A DNA stretch of 64,000 bases from Octopus sinensis (Eukaryota). Positions 36,125-48,596 of the stretch are shown here, piece by piece. The translations under genes and the position numbers were made by a program. The stretch covers positions 112,468,001 to 112,532,000 of the forward strand of contig NC_042997.1 in assembly GCF_006345805.1 (NCBI RefSeq). Reading direction: 5' to 3'. Below the pieces are notes generated by a model. The model ran no database searches, was not told the DNA's origin, and saw only the letters and a list, made by a program, of their open reading frames with translations. Position 1 is the stretch's first letter. Each line of letters begins with the position of its first letter.

Positions 36125-39100
36125 TCATGGAGGTTTTCTAGCAACTGCTATTTGGTGCATGAGAGAGTTCGATGCAGCTGCCCTCATCTGCCCCTCCTGC
36201 CGTGAAGTTGGTTCATCTGGGACACCTGACAGGAAGAGATCCAGCTTCATTTTAAAGACATCTGTATCCACCCCATGCAGGTCTCTCAGGTTCTTCGGGA
36301 GGATATTGAAGAGCTGTGGGCCTCGGAAACCCAGGCTATCACAGAATCTTGTCCTACATCTTGATGGCAGGTTTGGAGTCCTAGGCACCACGCAGTGGCG
36401 CCCAGTTCTGGCATTTGCGTAACTCTCGATGCCAAAGTTCAGGACACTTCCCTCCAGGATCTTCCAGATGTATATTATGGCATATCTTTCCCGCCTACGC
36501 TCCAGGGAATATAATTTTAATCTCTTGAGTCTTTCCCAGTAGCTTACATTCTGCATAGAGGCTATCTTCTTTGTGTAGCTTCGTTGGATCGCCTCAAGTT
36601 CTGTGATCAACTTGACACTGGATGGTGACCATAGCTGAGAGCAATAGTCAAAGTGGCTTAGGACAAGTGTCTTCCAGAGGACCATCATGGTTTCTTGTTC
36701 TCTTGTTCTAAAGGTTCTAAGAATCCATCCAGCCAGCCGTCTACATTTCATTGTCAGTTTAGCAACATGTACATGAAAGGTCGCGTCATCACTCATGTGA
36801 ATACCCAGGTCACGCACTGATTGTGCCTCTGGGATTGCAATCCCTCCAGGTCCAGTGTATTCATTGGGTATTGCATTCAGTTTTGCATGCTGATAGTATA
36901 AAGCTTGAAACTTTCCAGCATTGAACTGCATGCTATTCTTTTCAGCCCACTTGTATATTTCGTCCAGCTCACATTGCAGGTGTTTAGTGTCCTCAGGGTT
37001 CTGTATTGCCTGTGAAACTTTTGTATCATCTGCATAACTTGTGATCGTGGCTCTCTGCGTGGCTGAGGGCATGTCTGAGAGGGCCATTATGAACAGTAGT
37101 GGTCCCAGAACAGTGCCCTGCGGAACACCGCTCACTATTTGTGTGTTAATGGAGGTGGCCCCATTGGCTACTACCACCTGACTTCTATCCTTCAGAAAGT
37201 CATGAAGCCATTCTCCCAGTTTTCCAACTATGTTGAGATCACGCAGTTTGTGACATATCATTCCATGATCGACTTTATCAAAGGCCTTTGCAAAGTCGAG
37301 ATATATCACTTCCACATTTGAGTGGTTGAGCAGCCGTTTCAGCACCCAGTCATAGTGTTGTAGGAGCTGAGTTAAACAGCTTCTCCCTGGTCGGAAACCA
37401 TGTTGGGTGTCGGGCAGCAAGTCATTCTCTTCAAGGAAGGTGATCAGCTTCCTTCTGACTATTCGTTCCATGACCTTGCTGATGTGTGAGGTCAGAGATA
37501 TAGGTCTATAGTTCTTGGCTTCCGCTCTGCTACCTCCTTTATGAATGGGGCATATTTTACCTTCCTTCAGTTTTCCTGGAAGTTTGCCAGCTGCAAGGAA
37601 GCTCTGAAAGAGGAACTGCAGTGGTCTTGCTAGGACTCTCTTACATGCTTTTAGGAGGATTGCCGGGAATCCATCGGGGCCAGTAGCTGAGTCTGTTTTC
37701 ATTTCATCTATAGCCTTGGTTACATCGTCTTCCTTTATATCGATGTAATCTATCGTCGCCGCCTCTGATTTTATATCTGCAGTGGTAAAAAAGTCAGTTG
37801 GATTGGTGATTTGGAGATGCCCAAGGGGTGGAGTGAAAACACTCTTGAATTGCTCATTTAGTATTTCACTTACCCTCATTGGTTTTCCTGTAAGTGTGCC
37901 ATCCTTTTCGAGGAGTGGCCCTATTCTACAGTGCACTGTAGCTGTTTCTTTGGCATACCTGTAGAAAGCTCTGGGGTTAGATTTTATGTTTTCTATAGCC
38001 CAGGCTTCTTTGTCTGCTCTTTCTTTTTCATGGGAGAGTTGCAGACATTTTTCGATTTCCAACAGTTTTATTTTTAGGCGGGACTTTTCACTGCTTTCAA
38101 TCTGTTTGTTTAGGCGATTTGAAAATTTCGTACGCCGTCTCATTAAAATTTTCCTCTCTCTGGGGATTTTGTTCTTGTGTACAGTGGCCTTTCTCTCTGG
38201 GACACATTTGTAGCATATGGCTTGCATTACAGACATGAATTGTTGAAGTTTCACGTCGATGTCTGGCGAGGAGAGACATTTAGGCCAGTTTTGTTTGAGG
38301 ATCTCTTTCTCAATTTGTTTCCAGTTTGCCTTATGGTAGTTCACGCTGGAAAGATTTTGAGGGTTTCTTGTAGGCTGCATGTCCGTGCTCTCTTTTGGCC
38401 CGTACATGGTCAGCTCTATCATGTTGTGATCCGAGAGTAGTGTCGGTGTCACTTTCACATTATGGATGAGATCCATGTCATTTGTGAAGCAGAGATCCAG
38501 TGTGTTACCTGCCCTGGTTGGTTGGAGTATTACCTGCTCCATGTACAGGGTGTTGATGAGGTTCAGGAGGGACCTCGCCTGTCCTCGTTCACATCTTGTC
38601 ATTCCTGGGAGAGAAAGGCCCTCGGGCCATCTGACATTGGGCAGATTGAAGTCTCCCATAAGAAGCACACCTATGTGTTGCTCTAATGTGGTTAGAATTT
38701 CTTCTATTTTTATAAGGCAGTCTTCAAACTTGCCCACATGGCTTGGGGCATCTGGAGGGCGATATGTAGCACACACAACTACATCAAGTTGCCTAATATG
38801 TACAATTAGTGTGTCACACACCGAGTTTGAGTATGACAAGAGGACCTGGGGTGTGAGGTCCTCACGGATGTACATAGCAACACCTCCATGACTCCTTTCT
38901 TTCCTGTCGGTCCGTAGTACAGCATACTGTGGTATGTGTAACTCCGCATCTGCTATGTCCGGTTTCAGGTGCGTTTCTGTAAGTGCTATGCATAAGGCTT
39001 GATTGCATGCAACAAAGTCTCTCAGGAACGGGATCTTTGTCCTGTTACTGAGTGTTTGCAGTCCTCTGATGTTCAGTAGGAGTATCGAGGTGAGGTGTAC

Positions 39101-39229
39101 ATTGTTGCCGGCGGTATCCATCCTGTGTCTGTTTGCTGTGGTGGTCTGGTATATAGTGGGTAGTCCCACCTGCGGGCTTGGGTTTGATGAAGCCAGGTCA
39201 GCTGCTGTACAATCTTTTGTGCCATGCAC
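36125..39229 (-). CDS. LINE ORF2: AP endonuclease + reverse transcriptase, 1034 aa, no stops
   Basis: LLNIRGL, LTETHL, YRPP, GDFN, LDL, SDH (EN); NYRPISLTS, QHGFRPGRSC, LDFAKAFDKVDH, GVPQGTVLGP, YADD, RDLG (RT); C-terminal VPDEP..SNSL. Confidence 0.95.
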   Translation of the reverse strand: MHGTKDCTAADLASSNPSPQVGLPTIYQTTTANRHRMDTAGNNVHLTSILLLNIRGLQTLSNRTKIPFLRDFVACNQALCIALTETHLKPDIADAELHIPQYAVLRTDRKERSHGGVAMYIREDLTPQVLLSYSNSVCDTLIVHIRQLDVVVCATYRPPDAPSHVGKFEDCLIKIEEILTTLEQHIGVLLMGDFNLPNVRWPEGLSLPGMTRCERGQARSLLNLINTLYMEQVILQPTRAGNTLDLCFTNDMDLIHNVKVTPTLLSDHNMIELTMYGPKESTDMQPTRNPQNLSSVNYHKANWKQIEKEILKQNWPKCLSSPDIDVKLQQFMSVMQAICYKCVPERKATVHKNKIPRERKILMRRRTKFSNRLNKQIESSEKSRLKIKLLEIEKCLQLSHEKERADKEAWAIENIKSNPRAFYRYAKETATVHCRIGPLLEKDGTLTGKPMRVSEILNEQFKSVFTPPLGHLQITNPTDFFTTADIKSEAATIDYIDIKEDDVTKAIDEMKTDSATGPDGFPAILLKACKRVLARPLQFLFQSFLAAGKLPGKLKEGKICPIHKGGSRAEAKNYRPISLTSHISKVMERIVRRKLITFLEENDLLPDTQHGFRPGRSCLTQLLQHYDWVLKRLLNHSNVEVIYLDFAKAFDKVDHGMICHKLRDLNIVGKLGEWLHDFLKDRSQVVVANGATSINTQIVSGVPQGTVLGPLLFIMALSDMPSATQRATITSYADDTKVSQAIQNPEDTKHLQCELDEIYKWAEKNSMQFNAGKFQALYYQHAKLNAIPNEYTGPGGIAIPEAQSVRDLGIHMSDDATFHVHVAKLTMKCRRLAGWILRTFRTREQETMMVLWKTLVLSHFDYCSQLWSPSSVKLITELEAIQRSYTKKIASMQNVSYWERLKRLKLYSLERRRERYAIIYIWKILEGSVLNFGIESYANARTGRHCVVPRTPNLPSRCRTRFCDSLGFRGPQLFNILPKNLRDLHGVDTDVFKMKLDLFLSGVPDEPTSRQEGQMRAAASNSLMHQIAVARKPP

Positions 39230-39635
39230 AAAAAAGATTGTTGCTCAGCAGCTGCTCTTTCGACAACATCATGTTGGCTGTTTGTGGCGCGCACAACATC
39301 TGCGTACCTCCGTTTTGGGGCAGGTGGTGCGTGGTCCATCCCTTTTCTTTGTGTTGATGGTTTGTCCATCTGCCTCGTGTCTCTGTGGCAGGGTCCCCGA
39401 TGTGCAAAGCGGCAGCCTGCACCTTCCTTTCCATGCCAGCAGGAACCTCTCAGGTAGAACATACACACCCGTGTGCGCTGTTTGGTTCCATCCTTTGCGG
39501 TTCCACTTCTATTTCTGGTTGTTTCACACTTTGGTCCTGCTTGAGCTTTTTCTTTTCCTTTAGCTCTTCCAGTCCTTCTTTTAGTTCTTCTTCCTCCCTC
39601 TACCTCTTCACCGGGTTCTCCGTCTCCATGGCCCT
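39073..39635 (-). CDS. LINE ORF1 remnant (5'-truncated) with basic region and CCCH-type zinc finger; overlaps the start of ORF2
   Basis: Frame stays open upstream of the GTG at 39468 (..GHGDGEPGEEVEGGRRTKRRTGRAKGKEKAQAGPKCETTRNRSGTAKDGTKQRTRV); CMFYLRGSCWHGKEGAGCRFAH = C-x7-C-x8-C-x3-H. Confidence 0.65.
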
Positions 39636-40249
39636 TATAATATATATATTATAAAAATATGTTAGTGTTAATTAATTTCTGAACGGTTTTGCTGCCATTT
39701 GTTAATGTAGTTTGATTTCTTTATCCATCAGTTTCTACTAAGATAGAGATGAGAGTAAAATTAATAATAGAGAAACGAAAATAAAACGTTGGAAAAAGCC
39801 TAAAGGGAGATGATTGAGAAAGACTTGTAATCGTAATCATGTAAAGTAAAGTAGGTATAACAAATAATGCAGAATCCTTGTCCGGTACTGGATCGATCCC
39901 AAAATCTAATCAGTTTGTGCAAAGCATTCCTAAAAGTTTCATCCGAATCCATCCAGCGGTTCTTGAGATATTTTGTCCATGGACAAACAAACAAACAAAC
40001 ACAACTGAAAACAATACCTCTGCCTTCGCTAAGATGGAGGTGGTAATAATAGTCCTTTTTACAATAGGCACAAGACCTGAAATTTGAAAGAGGGTTTTGT
40101 CGGTTACATCAACCCCAGTGCATAACTGGTACCCATCAAGAGGATGAAAGTCAAAGTTGACCTGGCAAGAATTTGAACATGAAGTCAGACAAATTGTCAC
40201 AAAGTAGTGCCACCAAATCTATCAGCTTGCAGCGTTAATGATGATGATG

Positions 40250-40301
<52 letters not shown>

Positions 40302-40605
40302 TGATGATTATGATTTTAAATTTTACCACAAGGACAACAATTTTTGCAGGAGGAGGTGAGTCAATTACAATGACCCCAGTGTTCAACTGGTACTTAAACT
40401 TATCAACCCCAAAAGGATGAAAGGCAAAGTCAACATTGGCAGAATTTTAACTCAGAAACGTAAAGATGGACAAAATAGTGCTAGGCATTTTGTCCAGCAT
40501 GCTAGAGATTCTGCCACCTTAATAGTAAAAATAATAATAATAGTGGTTTTGATTTTACAATATGTCAGCATTATAAAATCAAAACCACTGACAAATGGTA
40601 TAAAC

Positions 40606-41170
40606 ATCATCCTGAAGCTGTGACTGAGGGAGAAAATGTGTCGATTCTATGGGTCTTCCCCGTGCAGACCGACAGGACTATAAAAGCCAATAAACCGGAT
40701 ATCATTATAAAAGATCAGACAAAAAGGATGTGTTTATTAATTGACATGAGTATTCCCTGTGATCACAATATAGCGGCGAAAGAATTTGACAAGATTAGTA
40801 AATATAAAGACCTGCTAATGGAAATTGAAAAAATGTGGCATCTCAAGGCGACTAAGTACCAGTGATTGTAGGATCTCTAGGAATGATAAAAAAAGGTACT
40901 GAAACCTATTTGAAAATGATTCCAGGCTTACCATCCCTACTGGAAGTGCAAAAAATCGTATTAACTGGAACGGCTCGTGTACTGAGAAGAGCACTATCGC
41001 TGTGAAAATAACATCCATCCATGAATTTATTTATTTATTAATTTTTAAATACATATTTTATCTGTGAATTTGCACGTGTAATCTGGGAATGCATACAATG
41101 CCCTTCTCTGCCCTAGGTGTATGGAAAACACTCGGCGAGAAACGGAAGAAAATTTGAAGAAAGAAGGAAA
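40606..41170 (+). mobile_element. R4/Dong-type 3' fragment
   Basis: DRTIKANKPDIIIKD..LLIDMSIPCD..KYKDL; followed by an AAT repeat. Confidence 0.85.
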
Positions 41171-43175
41171 AAACATAATAATAATGATTTCAAATTTTTG
41201 GATAAGGCCAGCAATTTTTTCAGGAGACTGGGTAAGTCAATTATATTGACCCCTTAGGGCTCAATTTGAATTCAGAAGGTAAAGGCAGATGAAGTGTCAT
41301 TAAGCCTTTTGTTCAACTCACTAATGATTCTACCAGCTCACCACCCTAGCTTAATAATAATAATAATAATGATAATAATAATCCTTTCTGCTATAGACAC
41401 AAGGCTTGAAATTTGGAGAAGAGGGTCAGGCAATTACATTGACCCACCCCACCACCAAACCGGGCTCAAATGGTACTTATTTTAGTGCCCTAGAAAAGAT
41501 GAAAGGTCAAGCCAACATCAGCAACAAATGATACCAATAATAATGGTTTCAAATTTGGCACAAGGCCATTAATTTCAGGGGAAGGGTTAAGTCAATTATA
41601 GCAAACCTAGTGCATAACTGGTACTTATTTTATTGACCCCTAAAGAGTAAAGTCGACCTTGGCAGAATTTGAATTCAGAAAGTAAAGACAGATGAAATAC
41701 CAGTAAGCGTTCTGCCTGATATGCTACCGATTCTGCCAGCTCAAATAAAAATAATAAGAGCACTCAGAGAGCGCAAACCTCCACCAAGGCAACACCAACG
41801 TCCTCTCAACGATTAGCAGGAGATGATTTTTAGAATGAGAATATCTGAAATAAATTTGACTGTTCTCATAAACGAGGATACTAAAAATGAAGCTGACTGC
41901 TCTCAAAACTTAAGTAAAAAAAAACAGGAAAAATAATCCAGAATCCTTGTCCAGTACTGGATTGATCCATAAACCTAAGCAGTTTGTACCAGTCATGAGG
42001 CCAAACATCTCTGAAAGTTTCATCTGAATTTATCCAGTGGTTCTTGAGATATCTAGACTATGGCCAAACAAACAAACATACATGACTGAAAACAATACCT
42101 CCACTTTTGCTAAGGCGGAGGTAATAATAATAATAATAATAAAGGTTTCAAATTTTGTCACAAGGACAGCAATGTTGGTGGAAGGGGTGAATCAATTACA
42201 TTGATCCCAGTGTTTCACTGGCATTTAGCTTATCGACCTCAAAAGGATAAAAAGCAAAGTCGACCTCAGTAGAATTTGAACCCAGAACATAGAGACAGAA
42301 GTACCGCTAAGCATTTCGTCCAGCATGCTAACAATTCTGTCAGGTCACCGCCTTAACAATAATAATAATAATAATAATCCTTTCCACTATAGGCACAAAG
42401 CTGCAATTTGATGGGGGAGGGGATTAGTTGATTACATTGACCCTAGTGCGTAACTGTTACTTATTTCATTGACCCCCTCCCCCCAAATGATGAAAGGCAA
42501 AGTCAACCTTGGTGGAATTTGATCTCAGAACGCAAGGACGGACGAAATGCTATTAAGCGTTTTGTCTGGCATGCTAATGATCCTGCAACTCGCTGCCTTA
42601 ATAATAACAACAACAACAATGGATTTTAATTTAGCCACAAGGCCAACAATTTTTGATGGGTTGTGGGTGAGTTGATTGCATGGATCTGAGTTCTTGACTG
42701 GTACTGTATTTTAGTGACCTACTAAAGGAGAAGAGCATAGTTGGCCTAACCAGAACAAACACCCCCAAGGACTTTATTCTACCTTTCTAATAATCAATTC
42801 ACTTCTGTTTTTTCCTGCAGTCAGTAACAGGCATTGTCTAGAGAAAACAATATGTACCAATGTCCCTGGTGTAGGTTCTCACAGTAGCTATGAGGGCCTG
42901 CGAGGAACACAAGGACCTGCAATGGCCATGAGGGTTTGCAGTGGTCATGAGGGTTTGCAGAGGCTATGAGAACCTGCAGAGGTCAAGGGGCCAGTAGCAG
43001 CCATGAGGATTTATAGTGGTTTTAGCAGGAGATGCAGGTGGTTCTGCAAGCTGGAAGGGATCATGAAGACCTGCTTGTAGGGGCCAGAAGCAAAAGACCT
43101 TCCACCAAACCAAACCAAACCAAGCAAAAAAAAAAGTTAAATCGTCCAGAATTTAATAGAGAAACACCACAATAC

Positions 43176-43424
43176 CTGAAAATATCATCAGAGCCAGGTG
43201 AACTGAGTCCAAACAATGGAGAAGGAATAGCAAACTGTGACAAACGATGGGCTGATTTTTTCTTTTCTGCACTTCTTCGTTTAGCAGAATCGGAAGCCAG
43301 TTTTGCTTTTTCACCTTTTGCTTTTGGTCGACTGGTCTGGGTTGTTCGTTCTCCTTTCTCTTTCTCAATAACCTGCACGTCTTCAATATCAGATTCTTTA
43401 AACTTTTCCTCAAAGCCAATGTTT
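43176..43424 (-). CDS. HYDIN: HYDIN exon (NIGFEEKFKESDIEDVQVIEKEKGERTTQTSRPKAKGEKAKLASDSAKRRSAEKKKSAHRLSQFAIPSPLFGLSSPGSDDIF-R)
   Basis: Open frame, 249 nt, phase 2-2; joins the upstream CC|A and downstream AG|A CTG (R-LNYFRW) in frame; donor GTATTG. Confidence 0.8.
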
Positions 43425-45588
43425 CTATTTGTTTAAATAAAATGGAGATTTCTATTAATCTTAAACAATCAGATTACAATAAAGATTGTTTGCCAACATA
43501 ACATGGCAGTCCTAGATGAGGACAAATGTTGCTGTAATTTAGCCCCAGGACACAGATCATGTTGTATAGCCAGCTGGAGACAATGTCTCCTGGGGTTAAA
43601 TTACAGCAACATTCGTCCTAAACCAGGACTGCCATGTTATATTGGCAAATAATCTTTACTCCAAAATACTGTTGCTGAATATCTCTTGTGAAATTTAAAA
43701 AATAGTAATTTTCTAATTTATAAATCAGTGACTAGTTGTCTGTTTGGAAACTATATATTTTGAACGGGAATTTGGCAGTGCCACCTCTAGCCAATTATTC
43801 TGTGCTGATGAAAGGAAATAATCTGGAAATCGAGATACACGGATATTGTTTTGAGCTGAGTGGGGGTTCTAAATGCCCTTGTTCGAAAATATAAGGACAC
43901 AGATCGTGTCGTATAGCCAGCTGGAGATGATGTCTCCTGGGGCTAAAGTACAGCAACATTCGTCCTAAACCAGGACTGCCATGTTATGTTGGCAAACAAT
44001 CTTTACTTACAAAATACTGTTGCTGAATATCTCTTGTTGTGAGATTAAAAAATAGTAATTTTCTAATTCAGATTACACTTGTCAAATGTAATGCTTATTT
44101 ATCCATTCATCATCATCATGATCATCATCATTTCACATCCATTTTCCCTGCTGCTATGGATTGGACAGTTTGACAGGAGCTGCATCAAATTCCATTTACC
44201 TGTTTGGCAAGGTTTCTACAGCTTAATGCCTTTCCTAATGCCAACCACATCACAGAGTGGACAGTACATTTCGCATGGCACTGGCACCAGCAGGGCTGCC
44301 ATGTTGTTTTGAATTAATCAATGATCTCATCGCTTTGAAATTCCAATGATGAGATTGTTTTCTTTAGAATGACATTGTCGGGCAGGTGTGACAGGCCAGA
44401 TCTGGCCAACTTGAACATAAAACAAGTAGAATATAGTAATTTACAACATTGGTAGACTTCGACAGAGATTTTGAAAGAATAAATTTAGTAAATATCAATG
44501 TTTCAAAGTATTAGCTTTTTTATGCAGCAACAGCAGCAACCGCAGCCGTCGTCATCATCGTTTTAATGTCGACTTTCCATGTTCTCATGGATCAGAGTCT
44601 AGTGAGGCAGACTTTCTATGGCTGAAGCCATTCCTGTCACCAACTTTCACCTGTTTCTAAGCAATGTAATATTTTCACCATGGCTATTCTTTTATTCTTT
44701 TACTTGTCTCAGTCATTTGACTGCAGCCATGCTGGAGCACTACTTTTAGTCAAACAAATCGACCCCAGACTTATTCTTTGTAAACCCAACAGATTTCCAT
44801 TGGTCTCTTTTGCCAAACCGCTAGTTTTGTGGATGTAAACACACCAACATCAGTTGTCAAATAATGGCAGGGGGATAAACACAGACACACAAGCATCATC
44901 ATCATCATCATTTAACATCCACTTTCCATGCTGGCATGGGTTGGACAGTTTGACCAAGGGCTGGCGAGCCAGAAGGCAGCACCAGGCTCCAATCTGATAT
45001 AGCATATACATATATATACACAATCATACACACCTGTGTGTGTGTGTGTGTGTATATATACATATATAAATTGGCTAGTGCAGTATTTCTTGACCCACTT
45101 TTGGGAGTGGTGCCGGCATGTCTGGAAGAAAAGCAACAGCCTTTTGTTTACTGGAAGACTAATGGCTTTTTGGAGGGACCTTTTGGCCTTGTGGGGTCAA
45201 TTGGGGGTCAGAGAGATGTGAGGGCCGAAGAAGAGGAAGAATCTAGCAGTAGTGAGAAAGATAGAGTAAGGGATCTGAGAGCTGTCATGAGAGAATGACA
45301 GCAGCAGTGCGATAGAGATAGGCAGTTAGGGCTGAGAGCAGATAGAGAGGGTATAAGCAGTAGAGACAGATGGAGGGGTAGTGATAGAGGGTCAGTTGGT
45401 ATTCGGTCGTCAAAGAGGACAGTTGGATTTTGGTTGTCAGGGCAGGCGGTTGGGATGCGAGAGCTGGGCAGGTTGGAACTAGCAGCGCAGAAAGGGATAT
45501 ATACAGAGGAATAAGCTGTACAGAGAGAGATGAACTACAATATGGGACACTGGCCATTCTAATTAGGAATTAAGGTATTTAATTGTAT

Positions 45589-45999
45589 TGTTACGTGTTA
45601 CGATGTAAAAGAAAAAAAAGAGAAAGAAGAAAGAGAAAGAAGAAAATAGAAAAAGTCTTTAAAGAACTGTGAACGTTATCTGTTGATGTGATTTGAAAAA
45701 GAACTGTGTCGCTACCGGACTGTTATATTGTTACTTGCATGTTTAAATGCTTTGATCTGTTGTATACCTGTATTGATTTGTTGTTTCCTTTAAATGCTTT
45801 GATGTTGTAACAATTGATTGTCATATAAACTAGTTGTTAAATGTAAGCCAGTTGTTGCCTTGCCGTTTTGTGTCTCTCTCGGTTGCCTCTCTGTATCTCT
45901 CTGTGCTGCTGCGGTTGTTGTTGTGTCTATCTCTCCTCTCTCTGGGTTCCGTGGCGAACTTGCCCGTTCGGGCAAGCGGCGACGGGTGATTCTGTAACA
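45589..45999. mobile_element. Possible solo LTR (TGTTAC...GTAACA termini)
   Basis: Inverted termini, TATA-like CATATAAAC, GC hairpin CTTGCCC-GTTC-GGGCAAG near the 3' end; no direct TSD found. Confidence 0.3.
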
Positions 46000-46239
46000 A
46001 TACCATTATCTGGCATCGAGATAATGGTATATATGCAATATTCCAATATCCTTTGAGTAGAATCCAAAAGTCCAACAGAGTTTAATATGAGTCCTTCCAA
46101 ATATAGAGTTTATAAGCAATGTAAGATTCCCTTATGAGTGAGATCCAGCAGATTTTTAAACTTGGTTATTTGCAGTTGGGAATTTATATACAGTGTTGCA
46201 GAGTCAAAGGCTTGTATTTAAAATGATCTAGAAATAGGG

Positions 46240-46660
46240 AGTCGTGGTTAGAATGACTGACGAACGACTTCCCAAACAGATCTTCTACTCCCAACTCAAA
46301 GACGGCAAGCGTACAAAAGGAGGCCAGAAGAAACGCTACAAGGACTCCCTGAAACCGAACCTCAAAAAGTGTGACATTGACTTCACCAACTGGGAGGAAA
46401 CGGCAAAAAACAGACCACTCTGGAAAACCACCATCCACGAGGGAACGGCGAATTTCGAGTCGAAAACGTCTGCAGAGCTGGAGGAGAAAAGACGACGACG
46501 GCGGAAGGAGCGCCAACAACAACCATGTGCGACTCTCCCTTCAGGCACTAGATGTCCGCACTGTGACCGATCTTTTCGAGCAAGAATTGGTCTTATCAGT
46601 CACCTGCGGACTCACCAATAAATTTGCGCGAAGACCATCATCCTCGACCTTGAGGGATTG
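46240..46660 (+). mobile_element. RTE (BovB-like) ORF C-terminal fragment with zinc finger
   Basis: RMTDERLPKQIFYSQL..GGQKKRYKDSLK..CPHCDRSFRARIGLISH. Confidence 0.88.
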
Positions 46661-46919
46661 CCATAGTATATACCATTATGCCTATAAAACGGATTTACAA
46701 CTTCAATACCCATACATATCTTGCATATATTTTCTTTCCTCCACCTCACACTCTGTTTTGTATCACATCTAAACTAACTATGACTTAACTTTCCTCTCAC
46801 ACCGTTTCCGATGAAGGGATATTATTAATTAATATCCTAGAAATGGCTGTAAGACCTATCTATAAATGCTCTAATATCTATACAGACTTGGTTTTTTTAA
46901 ATCTTATTACGCAAAAAAT

Positions 46920-46964
<45 letters not shown>

Positions 46965-47335
46965 AATATATATGACAGGCTTCTTTCAGTTTCCATCAAC
47001 CAAATCCACTCACAAGGCTTCGGTTGGCCTGAGGCTATAGGAGATACTTGCCCAAAGTGCCACGCAGTGGGACTGAACCTGGAAACATGTAGTAGGAAAG
47101 CAAGCTTCCTACCATACAGCTATGCCTGGGGAAGATTTTAATAATAATCATATCTTTTACTTGTTTCAGTCATTAGACTGTGGCCCTGCTGGGGCACTGC
47201 CTTCAGTGATTTCAGTTGAATGAAACGAATCGACCCGAGTACTTTTTACATAATCTGGTAGTTATTCCATCAGTCAACTGCCAAGTTATAGGGACATAAA
47301 CACACCAAAGCCACTTATCAAGCAACGGTGGGGGA

Positions 47336-47368
<33 letters not shown>

Positions 47369-47819
47369 CAAATTTACTCACAAGGCTTTGGTCAGTCTAA
47401 GGCTATTGTAGAAAATAGTTGCAGTGGGACTGAACCTATAACCATGTGGATGAGAAGCAAATATATTACAACACAACTACACCTGCACCAATATAAATAT
47501 TAAAAATGTTTTCACCACTAAAGATAAGTCGAACGGAGCAAACAATTATAATCTCTAGAATCACCCTTTTAATCTCACTTTAGTTGCCTTTATTCCACCA
47601 TTAAACAGGGAGAAAGACTATGAGGATTTCTCTTCCACCAGATACCCACCCATCTTAGCAGTTTCTTGACCAGTTCATTATTATATTTGACATGTAAAAG
47701 TCATTAATTAACTTTGATAGATAAAGAGGAAAAAAATTAAAACATTGAAAGCTTTTTAAAAATTATATCTCATGCTAACATGCTATCTTAAAGATAGCAT
47801 GTTGGTAAACCTATGCATA

Positions 47820-48300
47820 TATATCCGCTGGATGTGTAATGCCAGTGTGCATACATGACAGAGTGTAAGCGCCCTGAGAAAAAAGTTGGATTTAAGAAGC
47901 ATCAGATGTGGTGTGCAAGAGAGACAACTGCACTGGTATGGTCATGAGTTGTGAATGAATGAAGACAGCTGTATGGAAAAGTGTTACAACCTAGCAGATG
48001 AGGAAACCTGTGGAAGAGGTGGTGTCACATGAAAAGCACTGGTGATAGTGCCACATAAAAATCGCTGATGATAGCGCCATTTAAAAAACACTGGTGATGG
48101 TTCCACATAAAAGGCACTGGTGAGGGTGCCACATAAAAAGCACCAGCAATGGTGTCATGTAAAAAGCACCTAGTACACTCTGTCAAGTGACTGGGACTAA
48201 GAAGGATATGCAGCTGTAGAAACCATGCCACAACAAATGGAATCTAGTGTGGCACCTCCTGGACTTACCAGCTCGTCAAATCAGCCAACCCAAAACCAGC
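47820..48300 (+). mobile_element. Degenerate RTE 3' fragment plus UTR
   Basis: Nucleotide similarity to 25150-25400 (TGGATGTGTAATGCC..GTGCAAGAGAGAC..GAAACCTGTGGAAGAGG). Confidence 0.7.
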
Positions 48301-48444
48301 AAGGGAAACTGATGTTAAATGATGATGATACATACGTGTGTGTGTGTGTGTGTGTGTGTGTATACATATTGATATACACACATACACACACACATACATA
48401 ACTGCATTTTCTTTCGGTTATATAACATTGTAAACCATACTTAC

Positions 48445-48596
48445 GGATCTGAAGGAGAAGAGGCCACAAATATGTATTGTTTCGATATCTCAGGCCCAGC
48501 TGGAGGTTTTCTCTTCAATGGATATTGCACAACAGCAAATGTAGATGGGGGTGGTATAGGTGGACCTTTGGGGCCTAAACCCAGGCCATCCAAAAC
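48445..48596 (-). CDS. HYDIN: HYDIN exon (VLDGLGLGPKGPPIPPPSTFAVVQYPLKRKPPAGPEISKQYIFVASSPSD-P); not in ORF track
   Basis: Matches the HYDIN motif LGLG..GPPIPPP..F..V.YP.KR; TTTTGTTAG acceptor, GTAAGT donor; 152 nt, phase 0-2. Confidence 0.92.

Larger units (their letters stand above)
36027..39635 (-). mobile_element. 5'-truncated CR1/L2-group (Jockey-superclade) LINE with intact ORF2, (AATC)n 3' tail and putative 11-bp TSD TATAATATATA
   Basis: EN+RT ORF; tail (GATT)n on + at ~36029-36055; TATAATATATA at 36016-36026 and 39636-39646 (low complexity, so tentative). Confidence 0.92.
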
